A stretch of 63,543 bases of DNA, filler included, from Globobulimina sp. (lineage: Eukaryota), in the NCBI GenBank assembly GCA_003354225.1. It is 20 parts of 20 records of this genome, joined end to end, with 100 filler letters (N's around TTAATTAATTAA, not from the genome) between each part and the next. Parts side by side here need not be neighbours in the genome. Positions count along the whole stretch, not along the records: positions 35,021 to 38,102 come from PIVH01003780.1; positions 38,203 to 41,284 come from PIVH01003781.1; positions 41,385 to 44,465 come from PIVH01003782.1; positions 44,566 to 47,646 come from PIVH01003783.1; 16 more parts are not named here. The stretch is one strand, 5' to 3'. This document shows positions 35,932 to 47,395 of the stretch, one piece after another. Under the pieces are notes generated by a model that saw only the letters and a program-made list of their open reading frames with translations, was not told the DNA's origin and ran no database searches. The translations under genes were made by a program, and so were the position numbers. How positions within the stretch are numbered: the stretch's first letter is position 1; each line of letters opens with the position of its first letter.

Positions 35932-36828
35932 TTAATATGGTGCAATATTTTGCGCATTATGCGCCCGGACATGCAACGTGAAGCTATGCTTAATTTTAAA
36001 GGCTTTGTTACAGAAATGGCAGACAAACGGTTTTTGTCCCGTATGTATTTTGATGTGATCAGTCAATGAATGTTTCTGTTTAAATTTCCTTTTACAAATG
36101 CCACACTCAAACGGTCTCTCTCCGGTATGTACCCTTTCATGTTGCTTTAAATTGGGTTTCCGCGCAAATTTCTTGTCGCAATAACTGCACACCAACGCCT
36201 CGGGGGTATGCACAATCGAATGGATCTTCAAATTTGAATGATGCTTAAATGTTTTTGGACATTCAGGACAGCCATATTTCTTAACATTATTCTTATTCTT
36301 ATCAATGTCATTTTTATTGCACATGTTTTTCTGCTCAGTATTTTCTGACTGTTTCTGTTGTTGTTGCTGTTGCTGCTGTTGCTGTATGGACATATCGACG
36401 AGATATCCATGATAATAATCTGGCGAAACGTATTTGGATAATGGTATATTTTCATTTGGGATGGGCGGTATTGGTGGCATAGCGGGTGAGGTGCTGGCTA
36501 TATTTAAATCGTTTAAGAGCCAGTTGTTGGTGTTATTATTTGTTTCAATTTGATCCATAAATTGGGATAATAACAGTTGGATTTCTGGTTTCATGTCACA
36601 ATCATTTGAGTTATTTGTATTATCTGTATCATTTGTACTGTTTTTGTATTCGGGAAATGCGTCGATGTTAATGGCGGAAGGTGATGGCGGGATATCTGTT
36701 TGTTGCAATTGTAATATTTGCATTTCTAATTTCTTGATTTCTAAGTGTTTTTGTAATATTTCTAATTGTGTTGTATTTGCATCTGTCTGTGGTTCTAATT
36801 TTGAAGGTATAAACTCATTAGATGCCAT
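35932..36828 (-). CDS. C2H2 zinc-finger transcription factor (4 fingers, polyQ)
   Basis: Four CxxC...HxxxH units with HTGERPF and HTGQKPF linkers. Confidence 0.93.
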   Translation of the reverse strand: MASNEFIPSKLEPQTDANTTQLEILQKHLEIKKLEMQILQLQQTDIPPSPSAINIDAFPEYKNSTNDTDNTNNSNDCDMKPEIQLLLSQFMDQIETNNNTNNWLLNDLNIASTSPAMPPIPPIPNENIPLSKYVSPDYYHGYLVDMSIQQQQQQQQQQKQSENTEQKNMCNKNDIDKNKNNVKKYGCPECPKTFKHHSNLKIHSIVHTPEALVCSYCDKKFARKPNLKQHERVHTGERPFECGICKRKFKQKHSLTDHIKIHTGQKPFVCHFCNKAFKIKHSFTLHVRAHNAQNIAPY

Positions 36829-36875
36829 TTTCCAACTAAGTAAATTAAAGTGAATAAAAAACCCTTTTCGGAACA

Positions 36876-37721
36876 ATGGCAGTTGTTTATGGAATTGGTT
36901 TTTTCCTGATATTTTTGATTGAATTGATATTGACCATTGTATGGATTAAGAAATTTAAATTGTATGAATGTTACAAACCAAACACAGTATCATTCCATTT
37001 CTACGCTCGATGGTTTTTATGTCTTTTACCGGTAATGAGTGGCACAGATAATTTACGATTGTTTATTGGCTCATTCGTCACAGAATCATTTGCATCATCA
37101 AATGGCTGGAAAAATTATTTCCTCTTCGTCTGTTTTTTACATTTCGTGTTATTATCATTAGTAACCATCATCTGCGCCATGTTTATAACCACACCCAAAT
37201 TAGAACCAATTAACACATCTTTGAATCCACAAAACGAATATAATGACGATATGATTTATAATCAATCAACAAAATGTGAATCATGCGTTTGGTTTTTTGC
37301 ATATTTAATAACGTTTTTATTATTTGCCATTGGAATGTATTCATTTGTCACATTACGGACTTCATTCGAGCAACAATACACAATCTATAAATGGCGCATC
37401 AGTGAAGATTATAAAAATGAGAGTAATTCCATACAGATTATTGGGTTGCAATCAGCTGTGTTTATGTCCGTATTCACATTGATTATGAATGCGATAATAT
37501 GGAAACGCTATAAATATTATGTTCCGTTTGTAATAACATTATTGAGTGTCATATGTATGGCTGTATTAGTTATGTCCACTGAAATTGGATTTTTTTTTGT
37601 TGGCAATTTCTTTGAATTTACATTGTTTGTATCATTTTACAAATTGGATGTGTTTATGTATTGGTTAAAGGATGAGAGAGAAGCTTCAGGTACGAAATCC
37701 CAAAAATATTATGGACTGTAA
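36876..37721 (+). CDS. Uncharacterised ~7-TM membrane protein
   Basis: 281-aa intronless ORF with about seven hydrophobic helices. Confidence 0.7.
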   Translation: MAVVYGIGFFLIFLIELILTIVWIKKFKLYECYKPNTVSFHFYARWFLCLLPVMSGTDNLRLFIGSFVTESFASSNGWKNYFLFVCFLHFVLLSLVTIICAMFITTPKLEPINTSLNPQNEYNDDMIYNQSTKCESCVWFFAYLITFLLFAIGMYSFVTLRTSFEQQYTIYKWRISEDYKNESNSIQIIGLQSAVFMSVFTLIMNAIIWKRYKYYVPFVITLLSVICMAVLVMSTEIGFFFVGNFFEFTLFVSFYKLDVFMYWLKDEREASGTKSQKYYGL

Positions 37722-38334
37722 ACAAACTGTGTTTCAACAAAATAAAAAAGGTGATTTGGAATATTATACGTCGTCAAAGACCGCACAGAATCACGATCTG
37801 TAATTTCAAATGTTATAAGTTAATAAGATGTCATTTGACTTTTTAGTGATTCCAATTTTGTGTTTAAATTAATTAATTATTGTGGAGTTTCACTAGAAAT
37901 TATGAGGATCAGTGAGCCAGTAAAATCAATTAAATTCTATTTTATTTAGACAATCAATGATAGCATTTCAGTCACATGTTCATGCCATTGATACTATTTC
38001 CCTTCGTACTATCTTTTTGAAGATAATTACAAAACATTCTACAATTTAAACATGGGCTGTTGTTCGACAGTACCCAAAGAACACATTTATGTACCTATCA
38101 ATNNNNNNNNNNNNNNNNNNNNNNNNNNNNNNNNNNNNNNNNNNNNTTAATTAATTAANNNNNNNNNNNNNNNNNNNNNNNNNNNNNNNNNNNNNNNNNN
38201 NNGAATTACTGTACAATTAAATTGGTGATATTTTTCATCCTTTATCCAAAATAATCTTTTTTTTTTGGGCCATGGTTTTGCATGAAAACAAATAAAAAAA
38301 AAACAGTCGAAATAAAATAAAGAAACATTCCATA

Positions 38335-41047
38335 ATGAAAGCCGCTGTTTTTATTATATTATTATTAATATGTCTATCCCCAATAAATGCAGACTTGTAT
38401 ATTCAAGGAGGCCGTGGTTCAAACAATAGATTGGATGAAAGAGGACGTGAACGTGCAAACGGAAATCGTTTATTTGATTCGCAAGATAATAACCGCGGCG
38501 GTTATAATGTGGGACATATGGTGTATTACACGGGCGAAAAGATTCCAATATCATGGACCAATCAACATTCATCCGGCAAATACCAATTAAAAGAAACGGA
38601 ATTAATCCTACAATATAGCTGTGGCGAGCTAATGAGAGACGGTACGACAACCAATCGAATACCGGACAATCCGATCGAATGTAAAGATTATAATTGCGAC
38701 ACCGATGTGGAATACGGTCGACACGAATCATTGTCCTCTTATCAATATTGCAAAGCCACCGAAAGAAACAAAGGTAATCTATCCCAAAACCCCAACACCG
38801 AACAAGTAACAAACTAACAAATTAATAAAATAATAAGGTCTATTCACAGCAAATCAGAATTTAAACAACAAACATTCCGCTCAATACACCCGGCAAGACA
38901 GCGACGGCACTCGTTACGGCTACGAATGTCCAGAGGAACGCGACTATTATCCGTATTGGCGACATTCTCAATGGCGAGACATGGCAATCTATACAAACTC
39001 AGTGGAACGATGTGGTGTCTATCAGTCCGAATCGCTGAATGTCAGAGATCGATGGGAATGCAGATTCACTCAAACGTATTGGGACGATGTCTTATTTGGC
39101 TATGTTGCTAAATCGACGGGGGAGCTCCCTTTGGCTGAACACGAATGTATGAATCGAACGGATGGATGGTACGTACATCCAGTCCGTAATCAGACGCTAT
39201 ACAAATACGAATGGAAACGCTTCAAAAACTGGAACTTGCCCGCTCCGCTATGCCGGCAGAGCCGCACAACGCGAGTCAACCACCACGGCACTCCCGGCGA
39301 CCGATCCTATTGGACCCATTTGTGGCAAATACCCGACGACATATTGGATATTGCCGGCCACGAACAATGCTGTGTGATCCGCGTCCGTTACAATATCACC
39401 ACCGCGGAGTACCAGGCCTGGGACGGCGTCGATTCTCGCAACAACTCACTGGAAAGCAACCCGAACGCCGACGACGACCCGGCTTGGCTCAAAATATGGC
39501 AAAAGTTTGGTTTGTCATACTCTGACATTGCGTATTCATTCAATGCGACGGACGCCGACGACGCGCTGCAGAAAAAATCGCGAGGCTACGTCTTCCGCAA
39601 CGACCCGGAAGTGGACCCGTTTGGTTATGAGGCGATGGGCGGCGAAACTGTGGCATCGCGCATCTTGCTACAATTGGCGGTCAACACGGATCAGTTTGGG
39701 CGCACTTTCCAAGACCGGACGCATTGTTTCAGAGTCAAAGACCGGAAGTTGGCGGCGCTGGACAGCAACAAAGACATCACTTTGGTGACGGTGCAGGGAA
39801 AGCGGGGCAACATCGTCCAGGTTTACCCGGCGACGGAATACTTTTTCGTGCCGGAACCGGCCATCATTTATCAGGGAACGTATGTGCATTTTTGCTGGAC
39901 GGGCTCCAACACCAATCCCAACAACAACGACGGCCAAGGCCTGCAAGGCTCGGACCGCTCCAACATCTGTCCGCTGACTCAGCCGCAGTGGGACAAAAGC
40001 AGTGGTTACGGCGACGTGGACGGCGCGGTGTTGGCGCGCAATGGAGGCAGCGTCGGCGAGCTCGGCAACAATTATCCGGATTGGATCAGGGAACCGGTGT
40101 ACGGCATGCCAGTGTATTACAACTACGCTCACAAACGGGACGTGCCTCGAAAGGCGCGGTCTGCGGCGGCTTCGTCTGCGGCGGCCAACGAGTTCGAAAT
40201 GGAAGAATATCCTTACAACGACCCGTATAATTCGTATTGGTTCGCTTCGCGCGGCGCAGAGTCGCAAATGGCCGGTCTGCACAAACAAATCTTGGCGGCT
40301 TTGTGCACGCTCCGCAGAGTGGATAAGTTGTACTCGAAGCGCAAGAATTCGAATGACATCGAGTCTGACGATGGCAATGCGTTCGGCCTCTCGGATTACG
40401 GCAATATGGAGGAGTTTGACGATGCGGGCACCACTTTTTGCATCGAGCCGGTGGAGGTGCAGAGTACCGGCGAGTGGAATTTCCTGTGTTCGCGCAACAA
40501 TAACTTCAGTAACCGCTCGCAAAAGGGCTCGTTGGTGGTCTCCAACGCCTTCGTGGAGGAGTACTCTGCGACGGCGATGGGTTATTTTGGCGACGCCGTC
40601 AAAGGAAAGGCGAAAATTGTGATCTTGCCGCAGTCGGTCAAGGAAGGCGACTCGCTGGATTTCAGTGTGACGACGTGGCTGAATCGCGGCGAAGAGTCGA
40701 CCGTGGTGCAGCTTGCTGGGATTTCGGGCTCGGAGTTTGCCGGCGACGTCTTGTTGGACGACCGGTGGATCGAACTATGGATTCCTTATACTGGCAAATC
40801 ATTGTCGTATCCGAAAGCGTGGTGGCGGCAGACTTCGGAGAAGGAGTGGCAGCGCCATTCGGATGCGTCCATCGAGTATGAAGCGAGTACGTCGTATGCC
40901 GTGATTCAAATCACCAAAGGCGGATTTTATACCATTTCAAATGAGCCGGACATCGGAGCGTATGTTGCTGTCATTTTGGGCGTTGCTTTGTTTGGTGTTG
41001 CTATGTTCCTCGTGGTGAAAAGGAATTGTATTCGACAGAAAAATTAA
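38335..41047 (+). CDS. DD3-3-like type I membrane protein; 2 exons
   Basis: Signal peptide; RGSNNRL, RLFDSQDNNRGGYNVG, YECPEERDYYPYW, GRTFQDR, GKRGNIVQVYPA and SRNNNFSNRSQKG; intron 38774..38837; C-terminal TM. Confidence 0.88.
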
Positions 41048-41384
41048 TTAATTCTTCTAAAATTATTCTTTTGTTCTTGGTTTTTTTGTCAAAAAAAAAA
41101 GAGTCACTAAAAAAAACGATGGCACAGCGTCTGAGACATGTTTTCTATTTCGACTATGATAATCTTATTTATAGTTTTTATACATTACTTTCTAATTATA
41201 GATATAACCTTACCTTATTCCCTTCTTCCTTTCTAATTACTTCCTATTTCCAAGTTGGGATATATCAGGACGAAAACGTGACGANNNNNNNNNNNNNNNN
41301 NNNNNNNNNNNNNNNNNNNNNNNNNNNNTTAATTAATTAANNNNNNNNNNNNNNNNNNNNNNNNNNNNNNNNNNNNNNNNNNNN

Positions 41385-41441
41385 TGGCAATGATACAGAA
41401 TAAATTATTATACATCTGGCAACATTTGGGATCCACACAAT
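41385..41441. repeat. 57-bp segment duplicated exactly at 42960..43016
   Basis: TGGCAATGATACAG...GGATCCACACAAT is identical at both sites. Confidence 0.9.
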
Positions 41442-41895
41442 GGAGGTGGATGTGGTTGTAATGAGAATGGAGGTGGAGGGAATATTTTGGGTGAATGTTG
41501 TGTTTACGCTTTGGCGGCCCCCTTTGTATGTTTGGCTGCATGTTTGGGTGGATGTAAATAGTAGGTTTAGTTATGGTTTACACTTTATGTTTATACTTTA
41601 ATTATGTTTAACTTTATGCTTTATTGTCTAAACTTTACTTGCAGGGCCAGGGTAGTTGCAGCTGATCTTCTCCTTTCTCCACATTTTTAAAACAAAATGA
41701 CAGACGTTAAATTAGTACTGTAATTATCCCCAAGAGGAACAAGAATACAAAGTTCATGTTGGGTTTAGAAAGAGTTTCTCAATACCGTGAATTATGATTT
41801 TGAAACAGAAAGTACGAAGTCAGAATATTTATCTCGAATAATAATAAAAACAAACCTTACGGCATATGGATTATTGTTTTTTTCGAAAATTATCA

Positions 41896-41980
41896 GAGAT
41901 ATGAGATATGAGATCTGAGATATGAGATCCGAGATATGAGATCCGAGATATGAGATCCGAGATATGAGATCCGACATATG
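41896..41980. repeat. Minisatellite (GAGATATGAGATCC)n
   Basis: About five to six 14-bp units built from 7-bp subunits. Confidence 0.9.
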
Positions 41981-42600
41981 GTTATATATATATATACTAG
42001 ATATATACTACGCTAATTCTGATATATGTCAGATCTAAAAACATCCATTTTTGAAAAACGAATTATTTTGAAAAACGAATTTCGGAAACACGTTACTTAT
42101 CAGAGAATAAAAAGTTGGTCATCAATACAATGCTTTATGTTCAAAAAATGACGATACAGGGAATTTGGTGTCATCAATATTAAAAACAAATATATGTTTT
42201 CGGCTTTTTTGGTTTGTTTCATGGGACAACATAATAAAAAAAGACATACAAATACAAACATAAGACACCAAACAAAAGCACACACAAAAAAAAACAGAAA
42301 AAATCATATTTACATGCATGTGATAAATGTCATAATGAATTCTGCCAAAACGAGGCCACATGATGTGTTTGATGTTTAAGTGAAAAAACTGTTTTCTTTT
42401 TACATCTTTAAAACAATGGATGCTCAGTCTTCGCACTATTGGCGAGCGAAGCGAGTCCATTTATGTGGCAGATGTGTAGGTGGCGGATGTGTAGGAGGAG
42501 GTGGAGGTGGAGGTGTAGGATGAGGAGGAGGCGGCTGTGGAGGTGGATGTGGGGTTTGATGTGGATGTGTAGGATGAGGGGGAGGTGCATGTGGAGGTAT

Positions 42601-42680
42601 TTATGGTATTTATGGCGGCGAAGCCGCCGCATTGTATTGATTATGGTATTTATGGCGGCGAAGCCGCCGCATCGTATTGA
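42601..42680. repeat. Two 40-bp tandem units, each with a GGCGGC-GAA-GCCGCC hairpin
   Basis: Hairpins at 42614..42628 and 42654..42668. Confidence 0.9.
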
Positions 42681-42688
42681 TTAAGATA

Positions 42689-42751
42689 GTGATGATAGCT
42701 CGATGAGAGCGTCTTATTCAATAAGATTTGGGTTCAAATCCCATCATCACA
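42689..42751 (+). ncRNA. Atypical 63-nt tRNA-like element, copy 1
   Basis: GTGATGA/TCATCAC acceptor stem, GCTC/GAGC D stem, GTCTT-ATTCAAT-AAGAT arm, B-box GGTTCAAATCC, followed by TTTTT. Confidence 0.65.
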
Positions 42752-43319
42752 TTTTTCTATTTATTTTTTGTGATTTATTCTCTGCTTTTTGGCTTTCAAA
42801 TTTCTGTTTTTTGTTTCTATTTTATATGGCATGTAGGGTAATAAAAGTGTTTTTCGTTTCTATTTTATTTAATAAAACAGTTCCACGTCTACTATAAAAA
42901 ACAAATAAAGTTTCTTTTATGGCGTTTTTTGAACATAAATCATACAAATCAACATCCAATGGCAATGATACAGAATAAATTATTATACATCTGGCAACAT
43001 TTGGGATCCACACAATAAATTGAAAAATATTATGATAAATACCACTCACAAATTTGTTCAAATTATTGCATATTTTTTTTTCACTTGCAAGAAAACTTTG
43101 TGCGCGTTGTTCTTTCGACGGGTGGGAGACGAATTTATGTTGTTCGTGTTTTCAATTTTTTCGTGTGCGGTGAACATTTATTTCGCGTGCGCAGGTTATA
43201 TTTTTTAATGGCGAGACAGTAGAGGCAATAGAGTGAGGACTTAGTATTTTACGCATATTCAGTAATATCGAGACTGGGTAACGTGTTTCCAGAAACAAAG
43301 TTTTTCACGTCGACTGGGT

Positions 43320-43460
43320 AACGCAGTCGCCTCATCTATGGATATTACATTTATTGGTATTTATGGGTTATTTGGTATCTATGGGCGGCGACGCAGTCGC
43401 CTCATCTATGGATATTACATTTATTGGTATCTATGGGCGGCGACGAAGTCGCCTCATAGA
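43320..43460. repeat. Tandem units with GGCGAC-G(C/A)A-GTCGCC hairpins
   Basis: Full hairpins at 43387..43401 and 43439..43453, partial copy near 43321. Confidence 0.85.
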
Positions 43461-43478
43461 TGTATAATGAATTTATTT

Positions 43479-43540
43479 GTGATGATAGCTCATTGAGAGC
43501 ATCTTATAAATACGATTTGGGTCCAAATCCCAATCATAAT
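43479..43540 (+). ncRNA. Diverged tRNA-like element, copy 2
   Basis: Colinear with 42689..42751; D stem and TTGGG/CCCAA T stem kept; T-run downstream. Confidence 0.55.
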
Positions 43541-44171
43541 TAAGCACATTTTTTTTATTATCCCATAATTAAGCACATTTTTTTGTTTTCTATAAGGTTT
43601 TGTGTTTTTTTTTTCTTTCTGTTTTTTTTTTCGTTTCTATTTTACTCCACTAAGTGGGGTAAAAGTGTTTTTCGTTTCTATTTTACTCAACTAAGTGGGG
43701 TAAACGGGTCAAAAGGATTGGAGTAATTCCACTTTTACCGGCCTTTTTTGGGTAAAAATCTATTTGTCGTCTATGAGGTGAGAACCCTGATTTAAGATTT
43801 TCTTGAAGTGAGCTAGTCATCGCTGAACTGAACTGAAGTGTACAAAAAACTGAAGTCTAGAAAGTATAAACTGGCTGTGACATTTTATATGAATTCTATC
43901 GTTGCGTCCACAGGAAAAAGAAAAAAAAAGTGGTTGGAGAGATATATGACAGACAAAACTAAATTTGAACTAACCACTCTCACGTATAATGTTATTCAAA
44001 TCATATTTGAACACCAAAAGCGAAACAGCAAAAAGATTAAAAAGACACACAAAAATAACTGCATTTAAAAAAAAACAAAAAACAAATTGTTAAACAGAAT
44101 ATTTCAAAAATTTCATTTCATTTTTGTTTTGCTTGTGATTTCCATGAGAGAGTAGAGTCCGAATATACAAA

Positions 44172-44465
44172 TTATGGATTACAGTTTTTACAAAATTGTC
44201 GGATCAGATCCTGTGCCACAAACATGATCCACAAAACAAACATAGTCCATCCTAACCTATGCGTCAACTTCCATTTATTCAAACGAATCACACACAACAC
44301 AGCCACCAACATCACAATAAGTATAATAATGGACAAAAACAACGACTCCGAGGTCACGGAAATGCTGTAATCCTCAGACAACGTCACGCAAAACAACAGC
44401 CAGGGTAACGGCAATCCGATCAAAATGTCAAAGATATTGGAACCGATGCTGGAGCTCACCGCCAT
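44172..44465 (-). CDS. K+-dependent Na+/Ca2+ exchanger (NCKX/SLC24) C-terminus
   Basis: Alpha-2 repeat [22 protein letters not shown]. Confidence 0.9.
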   Translation of the reverse strand: MAVSSSIGSNIFDILIGLPLPWLLFCVTLSEDYSISVTSESLFLSIIILIVMLVAVLCVIRLNKWKLTHRLGWTMFVLWIMFVAQDLIRQFCKNCNP

Positions 44466-44722
44466 NNNNNNNNNNNNNNNNNNNNNNNNNNNNNNNNNNN
44501 NNNNNNNNNTTAATTAATTAANNNNNNNNNNNNNNNNNNNNNNNNNNNNNNNNNNNNNNNNNNNNAATGAAAACCTGGTATACAACGGCATACAAAAAAA
44601 ATAAAAAACTGTAACAGAAATAAATACTAATTCAAATCAAAATTAAAACATATTTCAACACGTGATATTTCTGAATTATTAGAGGTTTATATTCAAAACA
44701 GAAACACTTTCATATATATTTA

Positions 44723-46315
44723 TCATGTTGCCATTAGAGGTGTGATTTCATTCTGTTTATAGGACCGAGATGATGCTTCATGGCCAATATATCTCGTCAA
44801 TCTACGACGGCAGCAACAATAATATGCAATGCATATAACACACGACATACAAAATGTTACTCCGGAAATTATTACAATAAGCTGTAAAACAGACAATCCA
44901 ATGACTCGATGTTCACCATTCTCCTCTTTCATAATAATTATATCCATTTCATCACCATGGCCAACAGCAATATCATCCGTAACATCAACATAAATATGTG
45001 AAGGATCTACATCTCCCTCCACCATATCGCCATTACATGAGGAAGAGCACCATTGAGGGTTGGCAACCGGCGCCAATCCTTGCATTTGTGTATCAGAGAT
45101 ATACCCATTCACTTCAATTGTTTGCCCCGTTGGATCAATAACAATCGCTCCATATTGCCATGAATATCCATGCAAATCTAACTCTTTCTTCATAAAAACA
45201 GACGAATGCTCATAACTCAACTTATACAATCTATATACCATATTTTTCTTTTTCAAATTGACAATCATTCTATCCATAAACCCATCGATTGAATATGCAT
45301 CATATCCGTAATGATTATCAAACCATCGATCAATGCCGCAATATGGCGACGTTATAATCGCGGAATGCGTTTCCATCAATAAATTCTCATATAATTCCAA
45401 TGTAAAATCACCAAACGTATAATATGATGGTCTTTTGATAAATTGTAACTCGATCTCGGTGTTTTTTAATGAAAACGATACCGTTTCGGCTGTTTCTGAG
45501 TCAATATCAGGCTTCATTTGATACGAATTATATAACAATTTTGCGTCCATTACATTAACATAGAAATCATAAATTGCAGCAATATTTGAGACAGAATGCG
45601 AGATTCGAACCGGAACAATTAATGCATTGTCAGCTCTATCCCATGGGAAGGGGTCGTTCATTGCTTTAAATGAACAGCGTGTCATATCACTTTGAATCCA
45701 TTTTATATCTTCATATAAGTCAATTGCTGGTTTATTCTGTGACATAAATTCATAATTTATGGCTGAATTTGGAGAATGAATTAACAAAGAATAGAATCTA
45801 CATTTCTTGTCATTGTCATAATGATACCATTCAATACCAATATATTCCAATGTATCTAACTCGACAGAATCATCGTTATATTGCTTCCAATGTAAAATAT
45901 AATCATCCAATGACTGCACATAAAAAGCCATATTAAAATCTAAAAACGAATCATATTTATATTCATATTCTGCATCTAACACATTTTTCCATTTTTCTGT
46001 CATTTTCTTTTCCAAAATATGTACTGCTAATAGACCTTCATTGTGTTGCATGGTTTGTGGAGCATGAATAGCGAAACAAGTCGACGGTAATTGTAATTTG
46101 CATTGATACGCACATTCTCCGTCATGGAATTTATTGGCACCTTCATCTGCAATGTATGGGAATATATTATATCCGTTTTTACATTCGCGTTCGGAATCTG
46201 ATGATGCTTTTGTATTTTTAAAAATATTAAACGGTTGATCGCAGGTTCCATACCCCTCTGCAATACAATTGATGACAACATACGTTGTCCATATGAGCAA
46301 CACTTTCGACAGCAT
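44723..46315 (-). CDS. Type I membrane protein with possible glyoxalase/VOC-like segments
   Basis: Signal peptide; RISHSVSNIAAIYDFYVNVM and DPTGQTIE; C-terminal TM followed by CCCRRR. Confidence 0.65.
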   Translation of the reverse strand: MLSKVLLIWTTYVVINCIAEGYGTCDQPFNIFKNTKASSDSERECKNGYNIFPYIADEGANKFHDGECAYQCKLQLPSTCFAIHAPQTMQHNEGLLAVHILEKKMTEKWKNVLDAEYEYKYDSFLDFNMAFYVQSLDDYILHWKQYNDDSVELDTLEYIGIEWYHYDNDKKCRFYSLLIHSPNSAINYEFMSQNKPAIDLYEDIKWIQSDMTRCSFKAMNDPFPWDRADNALIVPVRISHSVSNIAAIYDFYVNVMDAKLLYNSYQMKPDIDSETAETVSFSLKNTEIELQFIKRPSYYTFGDFTLELYENLLMETHSAIITSPYCGIDRWFDNHYGYDAYSIDGFMDRMIVNLKKKNMVYRLYKLSYEHSSVFMKKELDLHGYSWQYGAIVIDPTGQTIEVNGYISDTQMQGLAPVANPQWCSSSCNGDMVEGDVDPSHIYVDVTDDIAVGHGDEMDIIIMKEENGEHRVIGLSVLQLIVIISGVTFCMSCVICIAYYCCCRRRLTRYIGHEASSRSYKQNEITPLMAT

Positions 46316-46364
46316 TATTTAACTGAACTTTACCAAAAAAAAAAAAGCTTTTTATCAAATTTTT

Positions 46365-47394
46365 TCACCAAGAAGTCCAGACATCTGTTTCATCCCAGAC
46401 ACCAAGAATGACCCCGGTTTCCTTAACAAGCATTGATGTTTTACGTTTGATTGGTTTATAAAACCAGTTCATATATTCCAACACAGCATCGCTCTTTCTC
46501 TGGGCATACTTATTCATATGATCCAATACAATGCTTTGATTACTATCTATATACTTATTCTTTACCAATGTGCCACATACCATCTCATCCGTTATTCCAT
46601 CCTCAACCCAACATCTAATCCATTCCATAACTTGTTTAAAATGAGTAGCCATATAATTGAAGCCAATCACTTTGAAATGTTGCTGTAAACCCATCTGTTT
46701 ATACGCATAAATCCAAAATAACAGCACCGGATATTCCATTCCGCACATTAGCATATCCTCCGATAACCATACATTGGCCCACGGCCCTTTCCTCTCATGA
46801 CCCATTTTATAAATCCATTCCATATATTTGAGCATAATTAAAGTGTCATCATATTTATTTTGTCGATTTATAATCATAGTTCGAAAATCAATAACCACCG
46901 AACTATTCCTTGACGAGTTCAGAATAAAATGGTCCATCGACGGTCTTTTCTGAAACTTTTGTTTCATTGAATGCCATGATATCAATCTCTTTGTTGGATC
47001 TCTCAAAATGGCCAACAATTTAGTGCCAATTTGGTGTGTTTGTGACTGTAAACCGACATTAAATTGTGTGGAACTAAAATAATTTAAAAATACAAGTGCC
47101 AAATGTGGTAAGTAATAATTAAACGGTGTCTTCTCCATAATATGGGTGCTTTCGGTCAGGTTGATATGGGTGAGATGCTTCAAAATAGTGGCGATATATT
47201 CGTTTTTCTTAGTCATAATTTTAGAGTGTGGCCATATTTGTTGAGTCAGGAGTTGATCGAATGGGTATTGTGATATTTTCAGCCTTTTTCCTGTTTGGAT
47301 CATATTAATTTGTTGTTGTAAGTTGCTGACAATATTCCAATATGAAGCGTTTACTTTGATAATATTCATTCGCAACTCTCCATACCAATGACCA
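46365..47394 (-). CDS. Sulfotransferase-like protein lacking its true N-terminus
   Basis: EKTP and LAILRDPTKRLISW (3'-phosphate binding motif); the 5'-PSB motif is absent. Confidence 0.7.
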
Positions 47395-47395
47395 T

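Noticed and set aside
39162..40904. Many overlapping alternative-frame ORFs
   Set aside because: Shadows of a GC-rich exon with few stop codons.
42689..42751. Selenocysteine tRNA
   Set aside because: 63 nt, with no long variable arm or extended acceptor/T stem.
41792..42897. Short ORFs such as SDLISRISYL... and the His/Leu- or Arg/Trp-rich peptides
   Set aside because: Translations of tandem and low-complexity repeats.
42601..43460. CRISPR array
   Set aside because: The sequences between hairpins are themselves repeated rather than unique spacers; only 2-3 units, no cas genes, eukaryotic context.
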